This document shows, in pieces, positions 20,061 through 30,421 of a stretch of 64,000 bases of DNA. Each line of letters starts with the position of its first letter. Within the stretch, counting starts at the first letter, position 1. Source of the DNA: an uncultured Bacilli bacterium. Lineage in GTDB: Bacteria > Bacillota_I > Bacilli_A > RF39 > UBA660. The notes below the pieces were generated by a model. That model was not told where the DNA came from and searched no databases. It saw nothing but the letters and a program-made list of their open reading frames with translations. The DNA is taken from positions 117,736 through 181,735 of the forward strand of contig CAKOLG010000001.1 in the NCBI GenBank assembly GCA_934096175.1. Direction: 5' to 3'. Both the position numbers and the translations under genes were made by a program.

Positions 20061-21425
20061 ATGAATGATACTATATGTGCTATTGCAACTAGCCAAGGTG
20101 TAGGAGCAATTGCAATAATAAGAGTAAGTGGTGAAGACGCGGTTGCCATAGTTTCTAAAATATTTAAAGGAAAAGATTTAAAAACGGTCGATTCTCATAC
20201 AATTAACTACGGTCACATAATTGATAAATCGGGAAATATTATAGATGAGGTTTTAGTTTCCGTAATGCTAGCTCCTCGAACTTTTACCGCTGAAAATACT
20301 GTTGAAATAAATACCCACGGTGGTATAGCTGCTACAAACAAGGTTTTGGAATTACTTTTAACCAGTGGTTGTCGTCTAGCTGAACCAGGTGAGTTTACAA
20401 AAAGAGCTTTTTTAAACGGCAGAATAGATTTAATAGAAGCAGAAGCCGTTATGGATATGATTAATGCAAAAACAAACACTCAAAGAGAACTTGCTATAAA
20501 CCAAATAACTGGAAAAGTATCAGATCTTATAAATGAATTAAGAGATGACATGGTTCAAATAATTTCAAATATTAACGTAAATATTGATTACCCTGAATAC
20601 GATGACGTTGATATTATGACAGATGAAATTTTAGTTCCTAAAATAAACAAATTAAAAACTAAAATTGAAAAAATTTTACAAGAATCTAGAAATGGTCGTA
20701 TTATTAAAGATGGTATTAAAACATGTATAATAGGTAAACCTAACGTTGGGAAAAGTAGTTTACTAAACGCTCTTTTAGAAGAAGATAAAGCAATTGTTAC
20801 AGATATTGCTGGTACGACACGCGATATTGTTGAAGGCCAAATTAATATTAACGGAATTTTACTAAATATTATAGACACAGCAGGTATAAGAAATACCGAA
20901 GACAAAATTGAAGCTTTAGGAGTTGAAAAGAGTCTTAAAATGATGAATGAATCAGATTTGATTTTATTTGTTTTAAATAATAATGAACCATTAACTGATG
21001 ATTTACGAACTCTATTACACCAGCTTTCTGGTCGTAATTATATAATTATTATAAATAAAATAGACTTACCAACAAAGTTAGATTTAACAGAACTTGATGT
21101 TGATAACTGTGAATTTATTCACATGAGTGTTTTAAATAACCAAGGAATAACAGAATTAAAAAATAAAATAATAAAATTATTTAATATTTCCCAAATTGAA
21201 ACAAGTGATCCAACTTATCTAAGTAACGCTAGAAGTATAAGTATTTTGGAAGATTGTTTAGAATCTATTAAAGAAGTTGAAATAGGTTTGGGAAATAACC
21301 AACCGATAGATATGATAGAATTAGATATTAAAAATATCTGGGAAAAACTTGGTACCATAAATGGTACAACATATGAAGAAGAATTATTGGACGAAATGTT
21401 TAGTCGTTTTTGTCTTGGAAAATAA
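20061..21425 (+). CDS. mnmE: tRNA modification GTPase MnmE
   Basis: G-domain GKPNVGKSS and DTAGIR motifs. The C-terminus ends FCLGK instead of the canonical C(I/L/V)GK. ATG 20061 follows the RBS AAAGGAG. Confidence 0.9.
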   Translation: MNDTICAIATSQGVGAIAIIRVSGEDAVAIVSKIFKGKDLKTVDSHTINYGHIIDKSGNIIDEVLVSVMLAPRTFTAENTVEINTHGGIAATNKVLELLLTSGCRLAEPGEFTKRAFLNGRIDLIEAEAVMDMINAKTNTQRELAINQITGKVSDLINELRDDMVQIISNINVNIDYPEYDDVDIMTDEILVPKINKLKTKIEKILQESRNGRIIKDGIKTCIIGKPNVGKSSLLNALLEEDKAIVTDIAGTTRDIVEGQININGILLNIIDTAGIRNTEDKIEALGVEKSLKMMNESDLILFVLNNNEPLTDDLRTLLHQLSGRNYIIIINKIDLPTKLDLTELDVDNCEFIHMSVLNNQGITELKNKIIKLFNISQIETSDPTYLSNARSISILEDCLESIKEVEIGLGNNQPIDMIELDIKNIWEKLGTINGTTYEEELLDEMFSRFCLGK

Positions 21426-21443
21426 AAGGAAGTGTTAATAACT

Positions 21444-23312
21444 ATGTATGATGTAATAGTTGTAGGTGGCGGTCACGCCGGTTGTGAAGCGGCTCATGCT
21501 TGTGCAAAAAAAGGACATAAAACTCTTTTACTAACAAGTAATATTAAAAATATCGCTGATATGCCATGTAATCCGCACATTGGCGGTAGTGCCAAAGGAA
21601 TAGTAGTACGTGAAATCGATGCATTAGGTGGAATAATGGGACGTATTGCGGATAAAACGCACTTACAAATAAAAATGTTAAATAGTGCCAAAGGTCCAGC
21701 TGTTCAATCCCTAAGAGCTCAAGGAGACAAAATAGCTTACCCTAAAGAAATGTTAAAAACTCTAAAATCATTACCGGATTTAGAAATAAAAGAAGGAATG
21801 GTTGAAGATTTAATAGTAGAAAACAACGAAGTAAAGGGAGTTATCTTAGAAAATGCTACCAAAATTTTCTCTAAAGTTACAATTTTAACAACAGGGACAT
21901 ACTTAAAAGCGGATATTCTTGTTGGAAATACACGTACTAGAAAAGGTCCACACGGTGAAAGACCATCAAATTTCTTAAGCGATAAGTTAAAAGAATATGG
22001 CTTCAAAATAATTAGACTAAAAACAGGTACACCACAAAGGATAGATCGTAAATCAATTGACTTTTCTAAAACCAAACTCGAACCAGGTGATGACAAGTAT
22101 CTAACATTTAGTTACGATTTAGAACCATGCTATAAAATAGAAGATCAAGAACCTTGTTATCTGACATACACTACCGAAAAAACTCACGAAATAATTAGAA
22201 AAAATCTAAACAAATCTAGTATGTATGGTGCATTAGACGATATTAAAGGAATCGGTCCAAGATACTGTCCATCAATTGAAGATAAAGTAGTTAGATTTTC
22301 CGATAAAGAAAGACATCAATTATTTATTGAACCTGAAAGTAGATATTATGACGATATGTATCTTCAAGGTTTTTCAACTTCAATGCCGCCTGAAATTCAG
22401 GAACAAATGGTTCATAGTTTACCAGGATTTGAGAATGCCAAAATTTTAAAATATGGTTATGCTATCGAATATGATGCAATATACCCAACTCAATTAAATG
22501 CCAGCCTTGAAACAAAAATCCTATCTAATTTATTTACAGCCGGTCAAATAAATGGTACAAGTGGCTATGAAGAAGCAGCTTGCCAAGGTTTAATGGCCGG
22601 AATAAATGCTTGCCTTAAACTAGAAGGAAAAGAACCCTTTATCTTAAAACGTTCAGACGCATATATTGGTGTATTAATAGATGATTTAATTACAAAAGGA
22701 ATTAGGGATCCCTACAGATTATTAACAAGTCGAGCTGAATTTAGACTTCTTTTACGTAGTGACAATGCCGATTTACGTTTAAGAAGAAAAGGTTATGAAG
22801 TTGGTCTTATAAATAATGAACAAATAAATAAATTAAATAAAAAAGAAGAAGAAATAAAAGCATTATTAGAATACATGAAAAATACAAAATTAAAAATAAC
22901 TGATGAAATAAAACAATCATTTATAAACAATAATTACCAAGTACCAACAGCTTCATTAAGCTTAGAACAGTTAATAAAAAGACCTGAACTTAATATAGAT
23001 TTTTTAAGCAAACTAATAAATATTCCTTTTAACAAAGATATTCAAGATCAAGTTGAAATCAATTTAAAATATGAAGGATATATTGCCAAAGCTTATAAAG
23101 AAGCCGAAAAAATGCTAAAATTAGAACAAAAACAAATCCCAAATGATATAGATTATGATAAAATTTCAAATATTGCCAGCGAAGCTCGTCAAAAACTAAA
23201 AGAAGTAAGGCCAACTACAATAGCACAAGCTATCCGTATTAGTGGTGTAAATCCAGCTGACATTTCTATATTATCGGTATACTTAAAAAAGGAATATAAC
23301 AAAAATGAATAA
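21444..23312 (+). CDS. mnmG: tRNA uridine 5-carboxymethylaminomethyl modification enzyme MnmG
   Basis: FAD-binding motif VIVVGGGHAGCEAA. Conserved gidA position. Confidence 0.9.
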   Translation: MYDVIVVGGGHAGCEAAHACAKKGHKTLLLTSNIKNIADMPCNPHIGGSAKGIVVREIDALGGIMGRIADKTHLQIKMLNSAKGPAVQSLRAQGDKIAYPKEMLKTLKSLPDLEIKEGMVEDLIVENNEVKGVILENATKIFSKVTILTTGTYLKADILVGNTRTRKGPHGERPSNFLSDKLKEYGFKIIRLKTGTPQRIDRKSIDFSKTKLEPGDDKYLTFSYDLEPCYKIEDQEPCYLTYTTEKTHEIIRKNLNKSSMYGALDDIKGIGPRYCPSIEDKVVRFSDKERHQLFIEPESRYYDDMYLQGFSTSMPPEIQEQMVHSLPGFENAKILKYGYAIEYDAIYPTQLNASLETKILSNLFTAGQINGTSGYEEAACQGLMAGINACLKLEGKEPFILKRSDAYIGVLIDDLITKGIRDPYRLLTSRAEFRLLLRSDNADLRLRRKGYEVGLINNEQINKLNKKEEEIKALLEYMKNTKLKITDEIKQSFINNNYQVPTASLSLEQLIKRPELNIDFLSKLINIPFNKDIQDQVEINLKYEGYIAKAYKEAEKMLKLEQKQIPNDIDYDKISNIASEARQKLKEVRPTTIAQAIRISGVNPADISILSVYLKKEYNKNE

Positions 23313-24024
23313 AGAAGAATTTATAATAAACTTAAAAGAATTAGGTATTATCCCAAGTGATAAACAATTAAAACAACTAGAAATTTATTGCCAATTTCTC
23401 TTAGAATATAATACTCATACAAACTTAACTGCCATAAAAGAAGAAGATCAGGTATATTTAAAACATTTCTATGATTCATTAACTTTTACCAAAGCTATAA
23501 ATTTAACAAAATATAATAATTTGCTTGATGTAGGTACAGGAGCTGGATTCCCTGGAATGGTCTTAAAAATTTTTTATCCAGAACTAGAAATTACTCTTTT
23601 AGATTCTAATAATAAAAAAATAAATTTTTTAAAAGAATTAACCCAAAAATTAGAACTTACTAAAGTTAATTTTTATCACGGGAGAGCTGAAGAGTTTTGT
23701 CAAGAAAACAGAGAAAAGTTTGATATTGTAACAGCTCGTGCAGTAAGTAATTTATCTGTTTTAAGCGAACTTTGCTTACCGCTAACTAAAATAAATGGTT
23801 ACTTTATTCCCTTAAAAGGATCTAACTATGAAGAGTTAACTTCTGCTGATTATTGCATAAAAACATTGGGTGGAAAAATAGAAAACAAAATAACTTTTAC
23901 CTTACCAAAAGAAGAAAGCGTTCGCAATATTTTAATTATAAAAAAAATAATGCCAACACCACAACAATATCCTAGAAGATACGAAAAAATAATTAATAAG
24001 CCATTGAAAAATAATGCTAAATAA
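23305..24024 (+). CDS. rsmG: 16S rRNA m7G527 methyltransferase RsmG
   Basis: GidB family (DVGTGAGFPG). It overlaps the mnmG stop by 8 nt. Confidence 0.9.
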   Translation: MNKEEFIINLKELGIIPSDKQLKQLEIYCQFLLEYNTHTNLTAIKEEDQVYLKHFYDSLTFTKAINLTKYNNLLDVGTGAGFPGMVLKIFYPELEITLLDSNNKKINFLKELTQKLELTKVNFYHGRAEEFCQENREKFDIVTARAVSNLSVLSELCLPLTKINGYFIPLKGSNYEELTSADYCIKTLGGKIENKITFTLPKEESVRNILIIKKIMPTPQQYPRRYEKIINKPLKNNAK

Positions 24025-24066
24025 TGTATTATAAATAATAGGAAAAACTAAAAAGGGGCTGATAAA

Positions 24067-25452
24067 ATGAATTTAGAGTCTGGTGTTCTTCAAGTACATA
24101 TTGAAGATATTATACCTAATAGATTTCAACCAAGATTAAATTTTAATGAACAAGGAATAAAAGAATTAGCAGATTCTATAAAAGAACATGGAATAATTCA
24201 ACCTCTTGTTCTAAGAAAATTAGGCGATAAATATGAAATAATTGCTGGTGAAAGACGTTACAAAGCAGCACAATTAGCTGGACTTTCAACTGTTCCAGCT
24301 GTTATCGCAAATATTGATGATAATAAATCGGCAGAAGTTGCACTAGTAGAAAACGTCCAAAGAAGAGATTTAACTGCAATAGAAGAAGCTAGATCATATC
24401 AAAGTTTACTAAATAAAGGATATTTAACTCAAGAACAATTAGCAAAAAGAATGGGTTTATCTCAACCAGCAATTGCTAATAAACTAAGATTATTAAACCT
24501 TGACGAAGAAGTTCAACAAGCATTATTAGACGAAAAAATATCTGAAAGACACGCAAGAACACTGTTAACAATTGAAGATAAAAACCAACAAAGAGAATGG
24601 TTACATCGTATAATTAATGAAAGGTTAACTGTTCGTCAGTTAGATTTAGAGTTAAAAAAAATGAAAGAAGAAACAAATCCAAATAATGAAACTGATGAGG
24701 AAGAAGTTCCTTTAGTAGAACCAGTACCTAGTATTGAAAATATAATTGCTAATGCTGAAGATATAAACTCACCAAAAAATAAAATGTCTCTAGAAGACTT
24801 AATGAAACCACAACAAGTAGTCAATGAAAACATCGAAACTCTTGATCCGCCAGAGCCACCAGAAAATAAGGTTGAAACTTTTACAAGTGCAACCAAGGTT
24901 CCAGAATTTAATATAGCAACCCCAAACTCTGCTAGCACATTAATATCTGAGGAAGATATCACCAATTTAAATAATGACACCGGAAAATTCTTTAACTTTT
25001 CTGACCAATCAGCAGAACCTAATTTTAAAGAAAATTTACGCACTAATTTCCAAAATGATTTTATTGATATGACTCAAGCATCAGATAATCAACCAACTGA
25101 AGTAGAAGAAACTCCATTAGAACCTACTGATGATATTACTAGCAACACACATACAGATTTTGTACCAAACTCAAATAACAAATTCTTTACTTTAAATAAT
25201 TCTGAAAATATTTCAAACAACCTTCCTCCTAAAAAAGATACATATATTGATCCAATGGATGCAGTAAATAACTTAACTCCAGAAAAGCCAAAACAAGAGG
25301 AAAAAGAAAATGTAACAGATTTAAAAAATGCAATTTTAAGTATTAGAAAATGTATTGAAAATTTGGGCGAAAAAGGATTTTTTATAGATGTTGAAGAGAT
25401 AGATTTCCAAGCAAATTATGAAATAAAAATAGATATTCATAAAGATAATTAA
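24067..25452 (+). CDS. noc: ParB/Noc-family protein with ~180-aa acidic low-complexity insertion/tail
   Basis: N-terminal ParB domain with IIPNRFQPR and GERRYKAA. The HTH region, IANKLRLL...ISERHARTLL, resembles Noc (ITERHAR) more than Spo0J. No soj/spo0J follows it. Confidence 0.7.
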   Translation: MNLESGVLQVHIEDIIPNRFQPRLNFNEQGIKELADSIKEHGIIQPLVLRKLGDKYEIIAGERRYKAAQLAGLSTVPAVIANIDDNKSAEVALVENVQRRDLTAIEEARSYQSLLNKGYLTQEQLAKRMGLSQPAIANKLRLLNLDEEVQQALLDEKISERHARTLLTIEDKNQQREWLHRIINERLTVRQLDLELKKMKEETNPNNETDEEEVPLVEPVPSIENIIANAEDINSPKNKMSLEDLMKPQQVVNENIETLDPPEPPENKVETFTSATKVPEFNIATPNSASTLISEEDITNLNNDTGKFFNFSDQSAEPNFKENLRTNFQNDFIDMTQASDNQPTEVEETPLEPTDDITSNTHTDFVPNSNNKFFTLNNSENISNNLPPKKDTYIDPMDAVNNLTPEKPKQEEKENVTDLKNAILSIRKCIENLGEKGFFIDVEEIDFQANYEIKIDIHKDN

Positions 25453-25475
25453 AAAATTGTAGGAGGCTTTAAAAA

Positions 25476-26156
25476 ATGAAAAAAATAAATACTCTAAAAA
25501 TTTTAATGGCTACAATAATAATTGCTTTAGCTATTATCATTATAGTTGGAGATTTCTTTTCAAAAAAAGAAACAGCTAATAAAGAAAATGCTAAAACTGA
25601 AGAAGTAAAAAAAGAAATGTTTACAGCTACTTTAAAAGAAAATGATGAAATGGTAGTTCCAGTAAATGATAAAAAAATTTCTTTAAAATATAGCGTTGAA
25701 AATTATAGTGAAGACGTTGCTCAATTCCGTACTCATCTATCTGTTAATGAAAGCCAATTTACAAAAGAGGGAAGTGCTTTAAACGGTTATAAAGTTTTTG
25801 TTGTAAAAGGTACAGATGATAAAGAATATTTAACGCTTACAACTTCTTATAATACAGGTGGAACTGGTTTTGACGAATTATTAATATTTAATGATAATGG
25901 TGAGAAAATATACAGTTTTGATTACAGTGATTTTTCTTTTGATAATTGTGCTTTATTAGAATTTAATGGTAAGAGTTCTATACTTATAGAAGACAATAAA
26001 ATAATTTACTACGAAGCAACAGATAGTAATGTTGAATACACAAATGAAAAATATTACGTAAATGTTTCCGAAAAAGAAGTAATAATTAATAATAACACAG
26101 TAACATTAAAAGATAACGGAACAAAAAAAGGTGAGGCAGCACTAACTTGTTACTAA
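25476..26156 (+). CDS. hypothetical membrane-anchored protein
   Basis: N-terminal TM helix (ILMATIIIALAIIIIV) followed by a beta-rich extracellular region. No recognised motif. Confidence 0.5.
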   Translation: MKKINTLKILMATIIIALAIIIIVGDFFSKKETANKENAKTEEVKKEMFTATLKENDEMVVPVNDKKISLKYSVENYSEDVAQFRTHLSVNESQFTKEGSALNGYKVFVVKGTDDKEYLTLTTSYNTGGTGFDELLIFNDNGEKIYSFDYSDFSFDNCALLEFNGKSSILIEDNKIIYYEATDSNVEYTNEKYYVNVSEKEVIINNNTVTLKDNGTKKGEAALTCY

Positions 26157-26160
26157 TGAA

Positions 26161-26188
26161 AAAATAGACATCGTGTCTATTTTTTTAT
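26161..26188. terminator. bidirectional rho-independent terminator between convergent genes
   Basis: AATAGACAtcgTGTCTATT 8-bp stem, flanked by an A-run upstream and a T7 run downstream. Confidence 0.7.
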
Positions 26189-26189
26189 A

Positions 26190-28139
26190 TTAATCTAAAG
26201 ATGTTTTTTCTTTATATACAAATTCTGTATCTTGATTATTATGTTCGCTTCCGTTTACATAATAAAAAATAGTAGTTTTAGAAATGTCATCAGTTTGCTC
26301 TCCTGTAATAGCATTTAAAGGGACTCCAACGACATTATTAGGTGTTTCATACCAATTAGCGTTTATATCAATTTGATTCATTGTTTCTGCCCAAATATTT
26401 TTAGATATAGTTCCATCTTTTACTTGCAAATCTCGGTTATCATCATATCCATTCCAAACCATCATTAATAAATCAGAATTATATCCTACCATCCAACAAT
26501 CTGTTCCAGAAGAACCAGTTTTAACTGCATATTTACTTTTTATTTTTGAAGCTATACTCATAACAGTAGGCGTATTATAATCAATAAATGCACTATTATA
26601 AGTTGATGTCATCATTTCATTTAAAATATAAGTATATGATCCATTTAAGACCATATCTGAGTCATAATTCTTTTGATATAAAACATTACCATTTAAATCC
26701 TCAACTCTATTAATAAAGGTAAGTTCTCTTTTAAAACCGCCAGATGCTAAAGTTGTATAAGCTCTCGCAAAATCTAACATACTTAGTTCACAAGTCCCTA
26801 AAGCCAACGATGGAATAGCTTCTAATTCAGTTTTAATACCCATTCTTTTAGCAGTATTAACTAAAATTTCTTCTCCTAAAAATAAATGTGTTTTAACTGC
26901 ATATATATTATCAGAATAAGCCAAAGCAGCTGCCATAGTTATGTTTTGATTTCCATATTTATTATTATAATTAGCCGGTGAATAAGTCTTGTTAGAAGAA
27001 AAAATAAAAGTTGTAGGTTCACTTAAAAAAGTAGAAGAAGAAACCATTCCATTTTCTAAAGCAGCATAATAAAGAAGAGGTTTAATTGAGGAACCAACCT
27101 GTCTTTTTGAACTTATAGCTCTATTATATTGACTTTTAGCGTAATCAATCCCTCCAGAAAGAGCCATAACACCTCCAGTATTTGGGTTTATAATAATACT
27201 TGCAACTTGTAAATCACTATTATTCATATTATTTAAAATATTTTTTTCCATTATTTCTTGAGCTTCCATATTTAAAGAAGTATATATTTTAATACCACCT
27301 GACTCAATTAAAGAATCAGGAATCTCTGGTAAAGACTCTAACTCATCATAAACCGCATCTTGATAATACATTAACATTTTTAAATCATTTTCATTTCTTT
27401 CACCATAAATTTCAATCTTATTATTAAATAAATTACTATATTCATTTTCCGTAATGTATTCATTATTTAACATAGACTTTGCAATAATTTTAGCTCTATT
27501 TATTGATGCGTCGTAATTTGAAATTGGATTATAATAATTAGGACTTTTCGGTATACCAGCTAAAATAGTTGCTTCTTCTAAAGTTAAATCCTTGGCGCTC
27601 TTATTAAAATAAAATTGACTAGCATTTTCAATCCCATAATTTCCCTGACCAAAATTAATTGTATTAAGATATCCTTCCAAAATTTCATCTTTACTATAGT
27701 GTACTTCTAATCGTATAGTTAACAAAGCTTCTTCAAGTTTTCTTTCCCAAGTTTTCCCAAAATCCAAATACATATTTTTTATATATTGTTGACTAATTGT
27801 CGAAGCTCCTTGAACAATTTTTTTGCTTTTAAAATTTAAAAACAAAGCTTTAGCAATTCTTAAATAATCAAATCCATTGTGTTTGTAAAAATTTTTATCT
27901 TCCGTATTTATTATGGCGTTTATCAAATTTGGTGAAATATCGTTAATAGAAACCCATTCATTATTCCCACTACCTTGGTAAACTAATTCCTCATTATCGT
28001 CATATATATAAAATTGATTAGCGTTTTTTATATCAAGCACTGGGCTAAAATATGCATAAGCATATAATGCACAAATACCTAAAATTCCAATAATTAAAAA
28101 AAATACGCCAATTTTAAAAAGTCTTTTAAAAAATTTCAT
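26190..28139 (-). CDS. class A penicillin-binding protein (glycosyltransferase + transpeptidase)
   Basis: GT51 motifs (INTEDKNFYKHNGFD; RKLEE), transpeptidase SxxK (SSIKP) and KTGS (KTGSSG). N-terminal TM. ATG 28139 with GGGTG RBS. Confidence 0.85.
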   Translation of the reverse strand: MKFFKRLFKIGVFFLIIGILGICALYAYAYFSPVLDIKNANQFYIYDDNEELVYQGSGNNEWVSINDISPNLINAIINTEDKNFYKHNGFDYLRIAKALFLNFKSKKIVQGASTISQQYIKNMYLDFGKTWERKLEEALLTIRLEVHYSKDEILEGYLNTINFGQGNYGIENASQFYFNKSAKDLTLEEATILAGIPKSPNYYNPISNYDASINRAKIIAKSMLNNEYITENEYSNLFNNKIEIYGERNENDLKMLMYYQDAVYDELESLPEIPDSLIESGGIKIYTSLNMEAQEIMEKNILNNMNNSDLQVASIIINPNTGGVMALSGGIDYAKSQYNRAISSKRQVGSSIKPLLYYAALENGMVSSSTFLSEPTTFIFSSNKTYSPANYNNKYGNQNITMAAALAYSDNIYAVKTHLFLGEEILVNTAKRMGIKTELEAIPSLALGTCELSMLDFARAYTTLASGGFKRELTFINRVEDLNGNVLYQKNYDSDMVLNGSYTYILNEMMTSTYNSAFIDYNTPTVMSIASKIKSKYAVKTGSSGTDCWMVGYNSDLLMMVWNGYDDNRDLQVKDGTISKNIWAETMNQIDINANWYETPNNVVGVPLNAITGEQTDDISKTTIFYYVNGSEHNNQDTEFVYKEKTSLD

Positions 28140-28237
28140 AAATAACACCCAATATTATTATGAAATATAAATAAAAAATTATGAGTGCAAATAATACAAT
28201 ATTATGTTATAATCACAACGAAAAAGGGCAATACAAT

Positions 28238-28594
28238 ATGAAAAGAATAATGAAGTTAAAATTATTAAAAAATAATATTTCAGAAAAAGAATATGAAAAA
28301 ATAACTTGTGTAGATAAAGATAACTCTCTAATATTTTCGCTAGAAGATGTCATTACAAAACTTAATTCTGAAACATTTATTAGAGAATCTAAAGAATTTA
28401 AATTTGAATTAGATATTCAAAACAAAAAAGCCCTTTATATATTAAAAGAAAATAATTTGATTTTTAATATAGAAGTTATAGATGTAAGCTATCAAAGAAA
28501 TAAAGATAAAATTAACTTCACATATTTAATTAATACAGATGACGATCCATTTACGTTAGAAATATATTTAGAAAAAGGTGAAAATAATGAGTAG
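28238..28594 (+). CDS. DUF1934-like small protein upstream of argS (YwiB-like), start uncertain
   Basis: The ORF overlaps the argS start by 8 nt. In many Firmicutes a DUF1934 beta-barrel protein precedes argS. No motif confirmation. The alternative track start is 28181. Confidence 0.4.
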   Translation: MKRIMKLKLLKNNISEKEYEKITCVDKDNSLIFSLEDVITKLNSETFIRESKEFKFELDIQNKKALYILKENNLIFNIEVIDVSYQRNKDKINFTYLINTDDDPFTLEIYLEKGENNE

Positions 28595-30335
28595 TTTTAT
28601 AGAAAAAGAAGAAATGTACTTAAAAAATATTATTAAAAATTTAGGTTATGAAATAGATGAAGTAACTTTAAATATTTCATCGCGCCCAGAATTTGGTGAC
28701 TACCAATTCAATGGAGCAATGCAATTGGCTAAAAAATATTCTGCATCACCTCGTGAAATTGCAGATAAAATAGTTCAAAAAATAATAGCTGATAATAAAT
28801 ACAAAGATATAAACATCGCTGGACCTGGTTTTATAAACATAACATTTAAAGATGAAGAACTGATTAATCATTTAAACGAACTAAATGAAAACATAAATCT
28901 AAATTATTATAACGATAATCCTAAAACAATCTTTTTAGACTATGGTGGTGCAAACGTTGCTAAAGCTCTTCACGTTGGCCATTTAAGAAGTGCTAACCTT
29001 GGAGAAGCTTTAAAAAGACTAGCAAGAGCCTTGGGAAATAAAACAATTTGTGATGCGCACTTAGGCGACTGGGGCCGACCAATTGGTTTAGTAATGCTTG
29101 AAATAAAAAAAAGAAATCCTGAATTACCATATTTTAATGATAACTTTACTGGCGAATATCCTAAAGTATCTCCTGTAACTAATGATGACTTAATGATTCT
29201 GTATCCTTTTGCTAGTACTAAAGCAAAAGAAGACGAATCTTACATGGATGAAGCTCGAGAAATGACAGTTAAATTCCAAAATGGAAATAGAGGGTTAACT
29301 GCTTTGTGGAACCATATCATGAATGTCTCTAAAGCAGACATAAAAAGAATATATGACCGTCTAAATACAACTTTTGATATTTGGGAAGGCGAAAGCGATG
29401 GTAATAAATATGTACCAGAAATGACAGAGTATTTGAAAAGTAAAAATCTAATCAAAGAAAGCCAGGGAGCTCAAATTATCGAAGTAAAAGAAGAAAACGA
29501 TGATCATGAAATTCCTCCTTTACTATTATTTAAATCTAATGGCTCAGCTTCATATCAAACAACTGATTTAGCTTGCATTTGGGAAAGAATGAAACTTTTC
29601 CATCCTGATGAAATTTGGTACCTTACAGACGCTCGTCAACAATTACATTTTGAACAAGTTTTTCGTGCTGCTAGAAAAAGTGGAATTGTTCAAAATACAA
29701 AATTAGAATTTATTCCTTTTGGTACAATGAATGGTGCTGATGGTAAGCCATTTAAAACCCGTGATGGAGGAGTAATGTCATTAGAATCATTACTTGATTT
29801 GGCTTATACAGAATGTGAAAAAAAAGTATTACCAAACATTGTTGGTGAAGAAAGAAAACAAATAGCTGAAAAAGTAGCTATTGCAGCAGTAAAATATGCT
29901 GATTTCTTACCATTTAGATTGACCGATTATAATTTTGATCCAATCAAATTTAGTGATTTACAAGGCAAAACCGGCCCTTATTTACTATATTCAACCATTA
30001 GAATGAAATCTTTACTACAAAAAGCCCAAGAAGCAGGAATAAAATATAATAAAATGACTAAAATAAAAGACGAATCAGACAGAAATATTTTAGTAGGAGT
30101 TTTAAATTTAAGAAGTGTTTTAGTTAAAGCATTTAATTTGAAAACATTAAATGATATAGCTGAATATTTATTTAAAATAACTAATTTATATAATAACTTC
30201 TACAGTCAAAATAGAATCCTTACTGAAGAAGATAAAGAATTACAATCTTCATGGTTATTATTAACAAAAGTTATTTATGATAACAATTTAAAATTATTGA
30301 ATATACTAGGAATAGATGTACCAGAAAAAATGTAA
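28587..30335 (+). CDS. argS: arginine--tRNA ligase
   Basis: Class I HIGH motif (HVGHLRS), KMSK-like motif (KTRDGG) and DALR anticodon-binding domain. ATG 28587. Confidence 0.9.
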   Translation: MSSFIEKEEMYLKNIIKNLGYEIDEVTLNISSRPEFGDYQFNGAMQLAKKYSASPREIADKIVQKIIADNKYKDINIAGPGFINITFKDEELINHLNELNENINLNYYNDNPKTIFLDYGGANVAKALHVGHLRSANLGEALKRLARALGNKTICDAHLGDWGRPIGLVMLEIKKRNPELPYFNDNFTGEYPKVSPVTNDDLMILYPFASTKAKEDESYMDEAREMTVKFQNGNRGLTALWNHIMNVSKADIKRIYDRLNTTFDIWEGESDGNKYVPEMTEYLKSKNLIKESQGAQIIEVKEENDDHEIPPLLLFKSNGSASYQTTDLACIWERMKLFHPDEIWYLTDARQQLHFEQVFRAARKSGIVQNTKLEFIPFGTMNGADGKPFKTRDGGVMSLESLLDLAYTECEKKVLPNIVGEERKQIAEKVAIAAVKYADFLPFRLTDYNFDPIKFSDLQGKTGPYLLYSTIRMKSLLQKAQEAGIKYNKMTKIKDESDRNILVGVLNLRSVLVKAFNLKTLNDIAEYLFKITNLYNNFYSQNRILTEEDKELQSSWLLLTKVIYDNNLKLLNILGIDVPEKM

Positions 30336-30421
30336 AATATAAGAAATATATATTTTAAGTATTGTCATATGAGAAAAAATATGTATAATGGTGTCTAGTG
30401 ATTTATTTGGAGGTTATTTTA

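Noticed and set aside
19943-20149. 68-aa minus-strand ORF overlapping jag end/mnmE start
   Set aside because: Antisense to mnmE N-terminus and covers the promoter and NBS region. No RBS.
20213-22096. Minus-strand ORFs 20213-20479, 20588-20905, 21494-21691, 21737-22096
   Set aside because: All are antisense within mnmE or mnmG. Shadow ORFs with Ser/Ile-rich low-complexity translations.
24636-25043. 135-aa minus-strand ORF inside the noc-like gene
   Set aside because: Antisense to the low-complexity acidic region of the ParB-family gene. Ser/Gly-rich artefact.
29240-29455. 71-aa minus-strand ORF inside argS
   Set aside because: Antisense shadow ORF.
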